Assembly: GCA_964016885.1 (NCBI GenBank)
Contig: OZ024742.1
Span: 152,768,001 to 152,832,000, forward strand
Direction: 5' to 3'
DNA: 64,000 bases
Source: Eledone cirrhosa
Taxonomy: Eukaryota
Positions 15,705-33,358 of this stretch are shown in pieces. A program made the position numbers and the translations under genes. The notes under the pieces were generated by a model, which ran no database searches, was not told the DNA's origin, and was given only the letters and a program-made list of their open reading frames with translations. Within the stretch, counting starts at the first letter, position 1. The number at the start of each line of letters is the position of its first letter.

Positions 15705-15742
15705 GCCCTGATGAGTCCTTATTAGGACGAAACATTGTTGGC
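15705..15742 (+). ncRNA. Canonical type I hammerhead ribozyme motif in a pLTR end
   Basis: GCC-CTGATGA-GTCCT-tatt-AGGAC-GAAAC-ATT-GTT-GGC then AATAAA; all core positions intact. Confidence 0.85.
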
Positions 15743-15909
15743 TAATAAAGACTTTTGATGTATTGAAGGCTTCTTTGATTTATTTTCATAATACACATAT
15801 ATATATATATACATATATACATACATGTAATATATATACATATATATACATATATACACATATATATATACTCATATATATATATATATATACATATATA
15901 TATACACAT

Positions 15910-15982
<73 letters not shown>

Positions 15983-16290
15983 CATATATATGTATACATA
16001 TATATATATATATATACATACATCTATATATATATATACATGTACATATATATATACATATATATATATATATACATGTGTATATATATACATATATATA
16101 TACATATATATATATATACACATATATACATATAGATATATATATACACATATATACATATACATATATATATACACATATATATATATACATATATATA
16201 TATATACATATATATATATATTACATATATATATATACATATACATATATATATATATACACATATATATATATATACATATATATATAT

Positions 16291-16750
16291 GGTGGCTCCC
16301 AACTTGATATCGTGTACGGCCACTACTTTATATGTAGGAGAACCACTACTGATGCACTGAACGAGTGTGAAATTTTAGTCCAGCCAGCGATTGAAAACTC
16401 TGGTACAAACACTACACATTATAGACACATAGTGCTGGCCCCAGCCGTGAAGCTTTTATAGTGCGCAAAGGCATTGCACAAAGCCAGTCCCACTCTCTTA
16501 ACCAAGTTGATATTTACCAAAAAGAAGAACAAGTCAACATCATTGGATACCATAAGGGTTGCAGGTGTTATATCAGAGTTTTCCTGCTCCTAGAATTCTG
16601 CCTTGACAAAGGCTAAGGGGTCATCTCTCCCGGTGATTTTGGATGGCCATTGCTTCTTAAGAGATCTTTTGCCCTTTGACAGCTTTTATTTTTAGTTCTG
16701 CAGGGTGTCCAAAGTCACCCTCCTGACCAAGAAATCTTGGTGTGGTTGCC
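16291..16750 (-). mobile_element. Non-autonomous bipartite RTE-derived element (second copy 56443-57021)
   Basis: Reverse complement aligns with 56530-57012; retains a CSVCTRVF zinc-finger remnant. Confidence 0.75.
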
Positions 16751-19074
<2,324 letters not shown>

Positions 19075-19236
19075 AAAAAGGGATGAAATCGAAAATGCAA
19101 CTGAAGTCTTATTTTTTTTTAAAAATATATATATTTATTTGGTTCCTTTACCGCTTTCACAGTTCTTCTGCTTTTCAAAAGGTGAGTTGAGATGGAGGGT
19201 CTGTCGTTTTTCCCACATCTGGCTGGTCTCTAAATG

Positions 19237-22199
19237 GAAAAATTTAAAACAGAAATAGAACTGTTGCGATTAAGAGCCAACTCCAACGAAGAAAAATTCA
19301 AGTCACTCGACCAACAGATGGACACAGAAATCTCAAAGCACTCTGAAGGCCTACTCTACAAAAAAAAACCTAAAACTTTGGAAAGAAAACTGTGAGGATG
19401 AAGAACTCACATCCCTCCAGCGATGGGAAAAAAACGCCACCTGGTTCAACAACTACGAAATGGACTTCAAAAATGAACAACATACAGGTAACCCATTTTT
19501 AAAACAAACTAAAACTCACACACCACATGCACAACAAATAACAAAAAAGTAACAAAACGTCCAACATACCCCCAGCAAAACTATAACGATAATCCCAGAA
19601 ACCATAGACAAAACTATAACCCTACTAACAAAAACCAAAGATCCCCGAACACAAGGCAGGACCTGATCCGCAGATCACAACCCACACAAAACCTATTCCA
19701 AAACCGTAGACCCCTGCCCACACAGAGCCTGTTCCAAAACCATAGATCCCAACCCACACAAAGGAACCAAATCTACAACCCGGACTATCAACAAACCGAA
19801 CCTCAATACGTCCGAAACTTCTATACAAGACCACACAACAACAGGGGAAATACCATTAGATATAATAATACCAATGAAAAACATTCCAGAAAAATCAATT
19901 TTTAGACCAAGGCTACAGGACTCACGACACCGGTGGCACAAACCGATTTTGAAAAACAGAAAATAATTAACATTTCAAATACAACCTTTCAGCCCAACAA
20001 GTAAAAATTATCTCCAAAGGTCTGAAATTCACACCAACAACACAATATCCTAACCCCAACGAGATAAATGACGATATCTCACACTTCTGTAGAAAATTAC
20101 GTCTCACAGAGGAATTCTTTGACAAGGAGAATAACGACGAATCAATTGTACGGAATAAAAGCAGCTACAACCCAACAAAAGGTAGAAACAGAGTTCTGGA
20201 CAAATTTTGTGACCACATAGCTACCTTCCCATACCATGAACTACCGCAACCTAAACCCAAACCCAACACAAGTCGAAGGGAATGGGAGATTATCCATGAA
20301 CTAAAAAACAATCCGGACATTGTAATTAAGGAAGCGGACAAGGGAAGTACTGTTGTCATTATGGAGGCTGAAAAATATAAAAATTCTATGTTCTCTCTCT
20401 TACAAAATGCTAATTACTATGAAAGAGTAAAAAACTACCAGCAATCAAAAATAATGACCAAATTAAACACACTGATTTATCGATACCAGGAAGACCTAAC
20501 TAAAAAGGAACGCGATTATTTAACAAATTTTGAATACAAAACTAGCAACCTTTACGGACTTCCGAAGATCCACAAATGTAAAATAATCAACGATGCCTGT
20601 AAACAATCCACCTCAGCCTGCGTGAACACACAATACCCCACATACCTTAAATTAAGACCAATTGTAGCGGTCCCACAATGTGAAACACACAGATTGAGCA
20701 ACTTTATAGACATACTACTGAAACCAATACTGAAACACATACCAAGGCTTGTAAGAGACGATCTGGACCTCTTAAACCACCTCCCCAAACATGTCAACAA
20801 CGACACTATTATTGTGTCTTTCGATGTAGTGAATCTCTACACAACGATCCCACACCAATACGGACTAGAAGCAATAGGATTCTGGCTAGAGAAATATCCC
20901 AATGAGATACCTGACAGAATAGAAAAAAGCTTCATCACCGAGGGATTAAAATTCATCCTACAGAACAACTTTTTTGATTTCGATGGCAATACTTACAAGC
21001 AAATATCGGGACTGCGATGGGCACAAAAGCCGCTCCAACTTATGCCAACTTAGTCATGGCATACTTAGAAGTCCAGATATATGAACAGTCCAAATCAAAA
21101 TACGGATTGAACTTCCACAAATATTTATCAGAGAATTGGAAACGCTACTTGGATGATTGCCTCATTCTTTGGTCCCACACACTCGACCAACTGAAGGATT
21201 TCAAAAACTTAATAAACGGCATCAATAACCACGTCCAATTCACAATGGAATACAGCCAAGATCAACTCCCATTTCTGGACATCTTAATCACAAAAAAAGA
21301 CACAAATATCGAAACTGACATACACTACAAACCAACAGATTCCAAACAATATCTGCTATTCACCTCCAACCATCCAAAGCACACGAAGACGAACATTCCT
21401 TTTAACCTAGCAAGAAGAATTTGCACAATTGTCTCCAATTATGAAACGCGAAATAAAAGACTTCAAGAATTAAAGGAAATTCTACTTGAGAGAGAGTACC
21501 CACTATTACTAATAAATAATGGAATAGAAAGGGCTAAAGCAATAGGCATTGATGAATTACGGAACAGAAACAAATTCAAGGTACGTCCAATATTCTATCA
21601 TATATCTCAACACACAACCCAAGAAATGCGGAAGCTTACAACACTATTCACAATAACATCCCACTACTAAAACAAAACCCAAGAATGAAAAAAGCCTTGA
21701 AACACACAAAATAATCAAAAGCAAAAGACAACCAAAATCACTGTAAACATTACTCACCAATGCCAAATTACCTACCACAAACCCACAACCAAGTATCAAC
21801 AAATGTGGTCGCTCTAATTGTGGAACCTGCACTCACCTCATTGAAGGCAACACGTATACATTTAAATCAGGACAAAATTTTACTGTAAAAAATCACTTCA
21901 CTTGCTCATCAAAAAATCTAATTTATGCCATTAAATGTAAAGTATGCAATGAAGATTATATAGGACAAACTAAACTCACACTCAGAAACAGAATGACAGT
22001 TCATCGCCAACAATTACGAGATCCAACCACGAGACAGATACCACTAAGTGCACATCTAGACATTTGCGCAAGTAATAAGACACCCTAATTCCAAGTCTTC
22101 CCATTTTAACTTTGCGCTAACAATACAACAGAACAAATGCGAATAAATAAGGAAAATATGTTTATTCAAAAATATAGACCAACATTAAATAAGGTTTAA
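19237..22199 (+). pseudogene. PLE RT + GIY-YIG polyprotein, frameshifted
   Basis: ISKGLKFTPT, KEADKGS, YGLPKIHK, LRPIV, SFDVVNLYT, MGTKAAPTYANL, RYLDD, CGRSNCGTC, NLIYAIKCKVCNEDYIGQT, KENMFIQKYRPTLN*. Confidence 0.92.
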
Positions 22200-23578
22200 T
22201 ATACATTATGTCAACACCACAATATGACATACACACACACAAATAACACCTTCTACTTTAGAAAATAAAAACCCGAACTAAATAAACCTTAACATACGTT
22301 TGCACTGGCAATAGAACAGCAAATACGAAAAAGTCAGGAAAATATGTTCATTCAAAAATATTCCTACTAAAGGAATCACTTTCCTACACACACACATACA
22401 CACACACACAATATATATATATATATATATATATTCTCTTCATCTTAACATGCTAACCATACTCCCACACACATAACACCCATACACACACATAACACCC
22501 ATACACACACATAACAACCCCCACACCTACAACACCCTCCACATTTCTACTAATAGAACCACTTTCCTACACACATATATATATACACACACACAAAATA
22601 TATATTCTCTCCATCTTAACATACTCGCACACACACACATAACACCCATATACACACACACAACTCCCTCCCCCATCTCTACTAATAGAATCATCTTCCT
22701 ACTAAAGGAATCACTTTCCTACACACACACATACACACACACACAATATATATATATATATATATTCTCTTCATCTTAACATGCCAACCATACTCCCACA
22801 CACATAACACCCATACACACACATAACAACCCCCACACCTACAACTCCCTCCCATTTCTACTAATAGAACCACTTTCCTACACACATATATATATACACA
22901 CACACAAAATATATTATTCTCTCCATCTTAACATACTCTCACGCACACACATAACACCCATATACACACACACACACACAACTCCCTCCCCCATCTCTAC
23001 TAATATAATTATCTTCCAATACACACATACACACACACACATATACACACACACAAGCACACCAATAAACACATATCTTCAGTCTCAATAGAAAATCTGA
23101 ACTCTGACACCTGAACTCTGACAGCTGGCCATATTCACTGAACCAGAACATTTCTCCCAATCCCTTTTCCCTTGACCACTATCTCTCCATTGTCATAACA
23201 TTCACTATAAAGACTACAGAATAGTTTTCCAAATAAGGGGGGAAAAATGTAATGAAAACTTGTTCACGTGACAGCCAAATTTCATTTATAACCAACCAAA
23301 AAAAAGCCTTCGTGAGCCTCATTTTTTCAAGTAAAAAGAAATTCAAACACTCATATATGAAAAAAACAACCTGTGACAACCCCCCCCCCCTCCCCTCTCT
23401 CTCTTATTTGAAGACCTATTGTAACGCGAACTGGCGCGAAATTTATTATAATTATTGACAAACCAATCAAATTACTTCTCGAAAACCTGGCTTTCAAGCC
23501 ACTTTTTCCATATAAAACAAGTAACATTTAGAGACCAACCAGATGTGAGAAAAACCACAGACCCTCCATCTCAACTCA

Positions 23579-23616
23579 CCTTTTGAAAAGCAGGAGAACT
23601 GCGAAACCGGTAAAGG
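23579..23616 (+). ncRNA. Minimal type I hammerhead motif with U3-A8 core (inverted copy 19145-19182)
   Basis: CCTT-TTGAAAA-GCAG-gagaa-CTGC-GAAA-CCGG-TA-AAGG. Confidence 0.7.
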
Positions 23617-23746
23617 AACCAAATAAATATATATATTTAAAAAAAAAATAAGACTTCAGTTGCATTTTCGATATCATCCCTTTTTCTTTATACTTCCACT
23701 CGTGTAGGACACCTCGGTTATTTTTCATTTGTAAAAAAAACCTCAC

Positions 23747-25149
<1,403 letters not shown>

Positions 25150-25152
25150 ACA

Positions 25153-25186
<34 letters not shown>

Positions 25187-25187
25187 C

Positions 25188-25232
<45 letters not shown>

Positions 25233-25250
25233 TATATAAGTTGTAATAAC

Positions 25251-25352
25251 ATGAAAACGAAATTTCATTTCTCACTGTTAGCACGGCACTTACTTAAATG
25301 TACGTATGTATGTATACGTACATACATATATGTATACAGACGTACAGTAGCA

Positions 25353-25439
<87 letters not shown>

Positions 25440-25895
25440 GTACACATACATATATGTACGTATCAGTTTAGCGGTATACATATATGTATGTACGTATACA
25501 TACATACTTATATTTAAGTAAGTGCCGCACTAAGAGTGAGAAATGAAATTTCGTTTTTATTTTATTTAAACTTATCGTTTTCGGTGCGCCTGGCCGACTG
25601 AACTCACTCGATATGCAAATTAGGCTGCTCAGCAGTTAATTTTCATAAGGAAAGTATATACTTTCGAACGTTCAACCATCTGGCAGAAGGGTATACGGTG
25701 CTGACGATAGCTAAGTAGCTTGAAACTAGTACATCGTTCCTCTGTCAGTGTTGAACAAAAAGGTGACGTTGTTGCCTTAACACCGTACGGCCTAAATTCA
25801 GGCTGTCAGTTTGTTTACAAACGGACAAATCGGGCGTTATAATAAACGTCCGCTAAACTGATACGTACATATATGTATGTGTACCTGTATGTATG

Positions 25896-25939
<44 letters not shown>

Positions 25940-26575
25940 TGCTACTGTACGTCTATATACATATATGTATGTACGTATACATACATACTTACATTTAAGT
26001 AAGTGCCGAACTAAGAGTGAGAAATGAAATTTCGTTTTCATTTTATTTCAACTTATCGTTTTCGGTGCGCCTGGCCGACTGAACTCACTCGATATGCAAA
26101 TTAGGCTGCTCAGCAGATAATTTTCATAAGGAAAGTATATACTTTCGAACGTTCCACTATCTGGCAGAAGGGTATACGGTGCTAACGATAGCTAAGAAGC
26201 TTGAAAATAGTACATCGTTCCTGTGTCAGTGTGGAACAAAAAGGTGACGTGGTTGCCTTAACACCGTACGGCATAAATTCAGGCTGTCACTCCATATGCA
26301 AATTAGGCTGTTCAGCCGTTAATTTTCATAAGGAAAGTATATACTTTCGAACGTTCAACCATTTGTCAGAAGGGTATACGGAGCTGACGATAGCTAAGAA
26401 GCTTGAAACTAGTACATCGTTCCTGTGACATGTTGAACAAAAGGGTGACGTGGTTGCCTTAACACCGTACGGCATAAATCAGGCTGTCCGTTTGTTTACA
26501 AACGGACAAAGCGGGCGTTATAATAAACGTCCGCTAAACTGATACGTACATATATGTATGTGTACCTGTATGTAT
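25251..26575 (+). mobile_element. Tandem array of non-coding HHR repeat family B (retrozyme-like)
   Basis: HHR motifs at 25696, 26177 and 26379 (spacings 481 and 202 bp); inverted pieces at 25251-25485. Confidence 0.75.
25696..25736 (+). ncRNA. Minimal type I hammerhead motif
   Basis: CGGTG-CTGACGA-T-AGCT-aagt-AGCT-T-GAAA-CTAG-TA-CATCG; palindromic CTAG stem III. Confidence 0.75.
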
Positions 26576-26576
26576 G

Positions 26577-26633
<57 letters not shown>

Positions 26634-26652
26634 GTATATATATATATGTATA

Positions 26653-26703
<51 letters not shown>

Positions 26704-26714
26704 GTATATATATG

Positions 26715-26767
<53 letters not shown>

Positions 26768-26874
26768 GCATATGTATATATATATGTATATATATATGTA
26801 TATATATATATGCATATGTATATATATGTATATATATATGTATATATATAAGTATATATATGTATATATATATG

Positions 26875-26951
<77 letters not shown>

Positions 26952-26981
26952 GTATATATATATACATATATATATACATAC

Positions 26982-27078
<97 letters not shown>

Positions 27079-27119
27079 CATATATATATACATATATATA
27101 TACATATATATACATATGC

Positions 27120-27150
<31 letters not shown>

Positions 27151-27203
27151 CATATATATATATACATATATATACATATATATATATATACATATATATA
27201 TAC

Positions 27204-27234
<31 letters not shown>

Positions 27235-27255
27235 CATATATATACATATATATAC

Positions 27256-27337
<82 letters not shown>

Positions 27338-27339
27338 GC

Positions 27340-27370
<31 letters not shown>

Positions 27371-27407
27371 CAAATATATATACATATTTATATGTATATA
27401 CATATAC

Positions 27408-27440
<33 letters not shown>

Positions 27441-27505
27441 CATATATACATATATACCTATATATGTATATATTTATATATATATATATACATAGATACA
27501 TATAT

Positions 27506-27570
<65 letters not shown>

Positions 27571-27592
27571 CATAAACATATATATTTATACA
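26575..27592. repeat. Interrupted (TA)n microsatellite
   Basis: G-interrupted left half, C-interrupted right half. Confidence 0.95.
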
Positions 27593-27593
27593 T

Positions 27594-28338
27594 GGCTATG
27601 CGAATGATTCTTTAACCATCGTCTCAGTGTGTTTGGCCTTTAATGTTTGTTATAGCTCTGGTTCATCTGAATCATTGAGCACTTGCCGCACATCTCGGAG
27701 GTTGTTTTTCGTTATTTCGTGGGCCGAAATGCGAATCTCGATAATTTATGTTTGTATTATTCTCCAGACTCTAGCTATTGACCAGTTAATTTTCTTGATT
27801 TTTTAGTTGATTCTATTGATTAATGAATAACTTATGTTAATTTTAACCCTTCTGTTGAGAACTCTATTCGATTTGAGATGTTTTTGCATTTTTGCAATAA
27901 TATACACAACTGAATTTATTCGTCTGATATAGGGGCTGCCTCCCTTGCCGATCCCCACTTGGAGTCAGCAATAGTCAGTCCTTCTATTAAAATTGAATTA
28001 AAACCTGTTGAGAAAGTGGCTTCCTTGTTCAATCATCTTACCAGAAGCCTGACATTATTTATGTAAGCGGATGGTACTTGATTTAGGAGCCGCAGAAACA
28101 CAAATACTGGATTTTACCAACCTCCCAGGGGTCGGGGTAATTTTTCAATACCCGAATTACTTGATCGTTTTTTTTTGGCTCTGCGAATGATTGTTTAACC
28201 ATTGTCTCAGTGTGTTTGGCCTTTAATGTTTGTTATAGCTCTGGTTCAACTAAATCATTGAGCACTTGCCACACATCTCGGAGGTTATTTTTCGTTATTT
28301 CGTGGGTCGAAATGCGAATCTCGATAATTTATGTTTGT
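27594..28338. repeat. Insert with ~160-bp direct repeats (27594-27755, 28177-28338), possibly a PLE 5' ORF remnant on the minus strand
   Basis: Direct repeat seen; weak LLQKCK resemblance to the PLE N-terminal FL..C motif. Confidence 0.5.
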
Positions 28339-28361
28339 TTTTATATATATACATATACATA

Positions 28362-28461
<100 letters not shown>

Positions 28462-28468
28462 TATATAT

Positions 28469-28503
<35 letters not shown>

Positions 28504-28504
28504 A

Positions 28505-29225
<721 letters not shown>

Positions 29226-29231
29226 ATTTAC

Positions 29232-29282
<51 letters not shown>

Positions 29283-29310
29283 CATATATATATACATATA
29301 TATATATGCA

Positions 29311-29342
<32 letters not shown>

Positions 29343-29418
29343 CATATATCTATATATACATATATACATATATATATACATATATATATATATACATATA
29401 TATATATACATATATACA

Positions 29419-29473
<55 letters not shown>

Positions 29474-29507
29474 GTATATATACATATATATATACATATA
29501 TATATAC

Positions 29508-29555
<48 letters not shown>

Positions 29556-29638
29556 ATATACATATATACATATATATATACATATATATATACATATATA
29601 CATATATATATATATACATATATATATGTATATATATA

Positions 29639-29925
29639 TGCAAATGTTCTATTTAAATTGTTGGGATACAACAAGCAAATATGTTTATAACTGATATAAA
29701 GCACTCGACAAGTATTTGGAGTAAATATACGATATTAACAAAGGGAAACTATATTTATAAAACCATATCTATTTTATTATACATATTTCAAGGATACCAT
29801 GTTAAATTATGGTATAAAAGAGGTCGTAGACTAATGTTCTCTTATGTTGTTCATAGAGACGTTCTCTGGCAATGAACGAAAAAAACGAAGATAATACGTC
29901 ATATCTGGAGCGTGGAGAACAATAG
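29639..29925 (-). repeat. Chimera of two pLTR families
   Basis: 29639-29815 matches 45882-46057; 29808-29922 matches the reverse complement of 10782-10898. Confidence 0.7.
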
Positions 29926-30384
29926 CACGCAAAGACAAAACCACGTAAATGGTATAGCAGAAGACGTAGACTTAAATTCTAACTAGGAGACCGAATGAAT
30001 ATCCGCTACAGAGTTAAGAACAAAGTAAATAAATACAATACAGAAGTAATAGAAATAAATAAATACATACACGCAAACAAATACGTACATACACAAGGAT
30101 ACGCAGAACCCTTACCATCGGTATACAAAACCACGCACATATAAATATGTGTGTGTGTGTATGCGTGTATACAAATAAATAAATTATATAAACGTATATA
30201 AATAAATAAATACGTATATAACAAGCGCACACACTTACCTACATGTAAATACACGAATGTTCGGAGACGTAAGTCAACCAAAACATGAAGTACACATATA
30301 CACGCACCCTCTAGATGTGGAAGACGGGACCTTTGGCACCACACAGTGACGTCATGTACGACGGTTGGTCCAACTCCCAAATCC

Positions 30385-30785
30385 ATAGTTTGGTGCTGGT
30401 CCCTCCAGGATTTCCCACATGTAGATCACTGCGTATCTCTCCCGTCTTCGTTCCAAGGAGTAGAGGTTCAGTTCTTTAGCCTCTCCCATTAGCTTGTCTC
30501 CTTCATCGTGGCAATCCTCTTGGTGTAGCTTTGCTTGATTGCCTCAAGCTCCGTAGTTAGTTTGACACTATGGGGTGACCAAAAATGGGTGCAGTAGTCC
30601 AGGCGACTTAGGACAAATGTACTCCATAGTGTTAACATGGTGCCTCGGTCTCTTATCCGGAAAGTCCTCAAGATCCAGCCAGCGAGTCGTTTGCACATTG
30701 TCACCACTTTCATTATGTGTGATGAAAAAGATGCATCATCGGTCATGTCTATGCCCAGCTCTCGTATCGATTTTGACACGGGGAT
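30385..30785 (-). mobile_element. CR1/L2-group LINE ORF2 C-terminal fragment
   Basis: [46 protein letters not shown]. Confidence 0.85.
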
Positions 30786-30831
30786 ATCGATATATATATA
30801 TACCTACATATATATATACATATATATATAC

Positions 30832-30862
<31 letters not shown>

Positions 30863-30885
30863 CGTATATATATATATATATATAT

Positions 30886-30928
<43 letters not shown>

Positions 30929-31549
30929 CAACGAACTTAGCAAGAACTGGATCAGAATAAGCAATGTTTTGCTTCTCTAACTATACATATATTTATACAT
31001 ATACATATATATATTCATTAGTTAAGCAAAACAAGACACGCACATTTCACAAGGAAGACATTATTAAAAGATTTTCAACAATATTTTAGTTTGATGTGAG
31101 GAATGAAGAGAATAATAATAATAATATTAATAATAATTGTTTCTATTTTTGGCACGAGGCCAATAATATTAATAATAATAATGTCCGTTTACAATTGTTT
31201 CGCTACTCCATATAATATTTCTGGATCATATGACTATATATCATAATTGATCTGGTTCAGTTGAAAATAATTAACATACTTATAAAACAGAGCGGCTCAT
31301 CGGAACTTCAAAGTAATACCAATTAAAATAATGAGAGAAGATTACATAATATAATGTTCCATATATTGGTTTTTCACTATGGTGTCTGGTTACCCATAGG
31401 CAGATCTCACACAATGCAGCCTCGACAGATGAATACTCCTTGATTATGGCTGACAACTGATGCAAAGAAGACACCATAGTGAAAAACCAATATATGGAAC
31501 ATTATATTATGTAACATTCTCTCATTATTTTAATTTATATTCCTTTGAA

Positions 31550-31668
31550 GTTCTGATGAGCCGCTCTCTTTTTTAAATATGTTAATTATTTTCAACTGAA
31601 CTAGATCAATTATGATATAAAGTCATATGATCCAGAAATATTATATGGAGTAGCAAACAATTGTAAAC
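31550..31668 (+). ncRNA. Hammerhead motif with ~80-nt stem II insertion
   Basis: Two-copy consensus GTT-CTGATGA-GCCGCTC-(~80 nt)-GAGTAGC-GAAA-CAATTG-TA-AAC; each copy has one different core lesion. Confidence 0.65.
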
Positions 31669-31695
31669 GGACATTATTTTTAATATTATTATATA

Positions 31696-31860
31696 GGGTG
31701 TCGGATGCCATGCTTTGGCGCATAGAGTTACGGCCTTTGCCATTCTGAGTTCAAATTCCGCCGAGGTTAACTTTGCTTTCATCCTTACGGGGTCGATAAA
31801 ATAAAGTACCGGTAATACACTGGGTAATTGCTGGCCTTGTGCCTAAAGTAGAAACAATTA
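31696..31860 (+). mobile_element. tRNA-derived SINE (Nin/Deu-type domain)
   Basis: B box GAGTTCAAATTCC plus CTTTCATCCTTACGGGGTCGATAAAATAAAGTACC; very similar to 63413-63578. Confidence 0.8.
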
Positions 31861-32486
31861 TTAATATTATTATTATTATTCTCTACATTCCTCACATCAA
31901 ACTAAAATATGTTCACAATCTTTTAATAATGTCTTCCTTGTGAAAGTTGTGGTCTTGTTTTGCTTAACTAATGAATATTTCCAGCTCTGCGCACCTAACT
32001 TCTGCAATAACCCAGCCAACTAGCTGCTTTCTACTGCATATTGCACATTGAGCACATGCATTTGGCTTCTAACTAATTCACCAATCTCTCCTCTCCTATC
32101 TCCTCTCCTATCTCCGTCTCTCTCTTTGAGATTGGTTACTCTTGAACTGTGTATACATATATATATATATCTTATATATACATATATATACATATATGTA
32201 CAATATATATATATATACATATACATATATATACATATATATATACATATATATACATATATATATATACTTATATATACATTTATATATACTTATATGT
32301 AGATAAATCTACCAAAATGTACGTTAGTGTCCAATCCGTATGAAGAACTCAATGTAATCCGAATATCATGAAAAGAGATGTATTCAAAAATTTTTTTCCG
32401 ATGAAAAATACAGGAAAATAGAGTCAAGATAAATTAATAAAAATAATGAATAAAAACAAAGAAACAGTTCCTTATATTAAAAAAAT

Positions 32487-32624
32487 TCATCATTTTACGA
32501 TCGTTTCTAGGATATATATGTTTGTGTTGATATGTATATCATATAGATCTATGTAAAATGTTTACAAACTATCAGAGGGAATATACATACCTACACATAT
32601 ATATGCTGTCTTCAGAAATAATGA
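32487..32624 (-). ncRNA. Hammerhead motif with ~100-nt stem II domain
   Basis: TCATTATTT-CTGAAGA-cagcATATATATGT...ACATATATATccta-GAAA-CGATCG-TA-AAATGATGA. Confidence 0.6.
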
Positions 32625-33358
32625 TATTTGTTTATTGAAAAAAACCAACAAAGATTTAATATAATAGGTCTGTTTGGGAACAGGTTTTGAATTGACCAAT
32701 AGAAAGGTAGTAAGTGGTCAGGATGGTAGAATAGTAGTAATAGAACTTTAATTTAGGGGTAGAGGAAAGCAGATTTCAGTTTTGAATGGAAAGAGTATGA
32801 TGAATGAAAAGATTATTTTAGGGATGAAAATAGGTCAAGTGGGTAAAAGGTACACGAAGAATTGATGTTATAAAAGAATAATACTAATGTAAATATCTAA
32901 GGAGAATAAAATTTTACGATAAATGTGTTAGAGAAAAATATCAATCTTATTTAAAATATAGGGAATTTACATCTATAAAAAGAAAATAAATTAATTAAAT
33001 TGATAGGTATATTTATATTGATATATTTATATTAATTCATATAGATATGATAAATAAGAGTTAGATGTAATTGAAGAGTGCTGTTTAAAGCGAAGGGAAA
33101 ATAAAAAAAAATAATAATAATAAGTATGGGGGGGGGGGTAATTCCGTAGTGAGAAATAACAAATTTATATAGATTATAAGGAACATAGAATCATAACCTG
33201 AAATTAAAATAGTTTATATGTATACTTATTGGTATAAATTTTAGGAAAAGATAGCTGTAAAAGGGAAATAAAATTATGCAGTTCATTAGTAGTAGAATAT
33301 TAATTATAGGTTAAATAATTTAAAAAAAGTGTTATTATAATAATTTCTAAAGTGTATA

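Larger units (their letters stand above)
31012..31978. mobile_element. Inverted pLTR pair (31012-31387 / 31470-31978) carrying a SINE piece
   Basis: Diverged inverted arms; HHR motifs 31187-31306 (-) and 31550-31668 (+). Confidence 0.85.
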
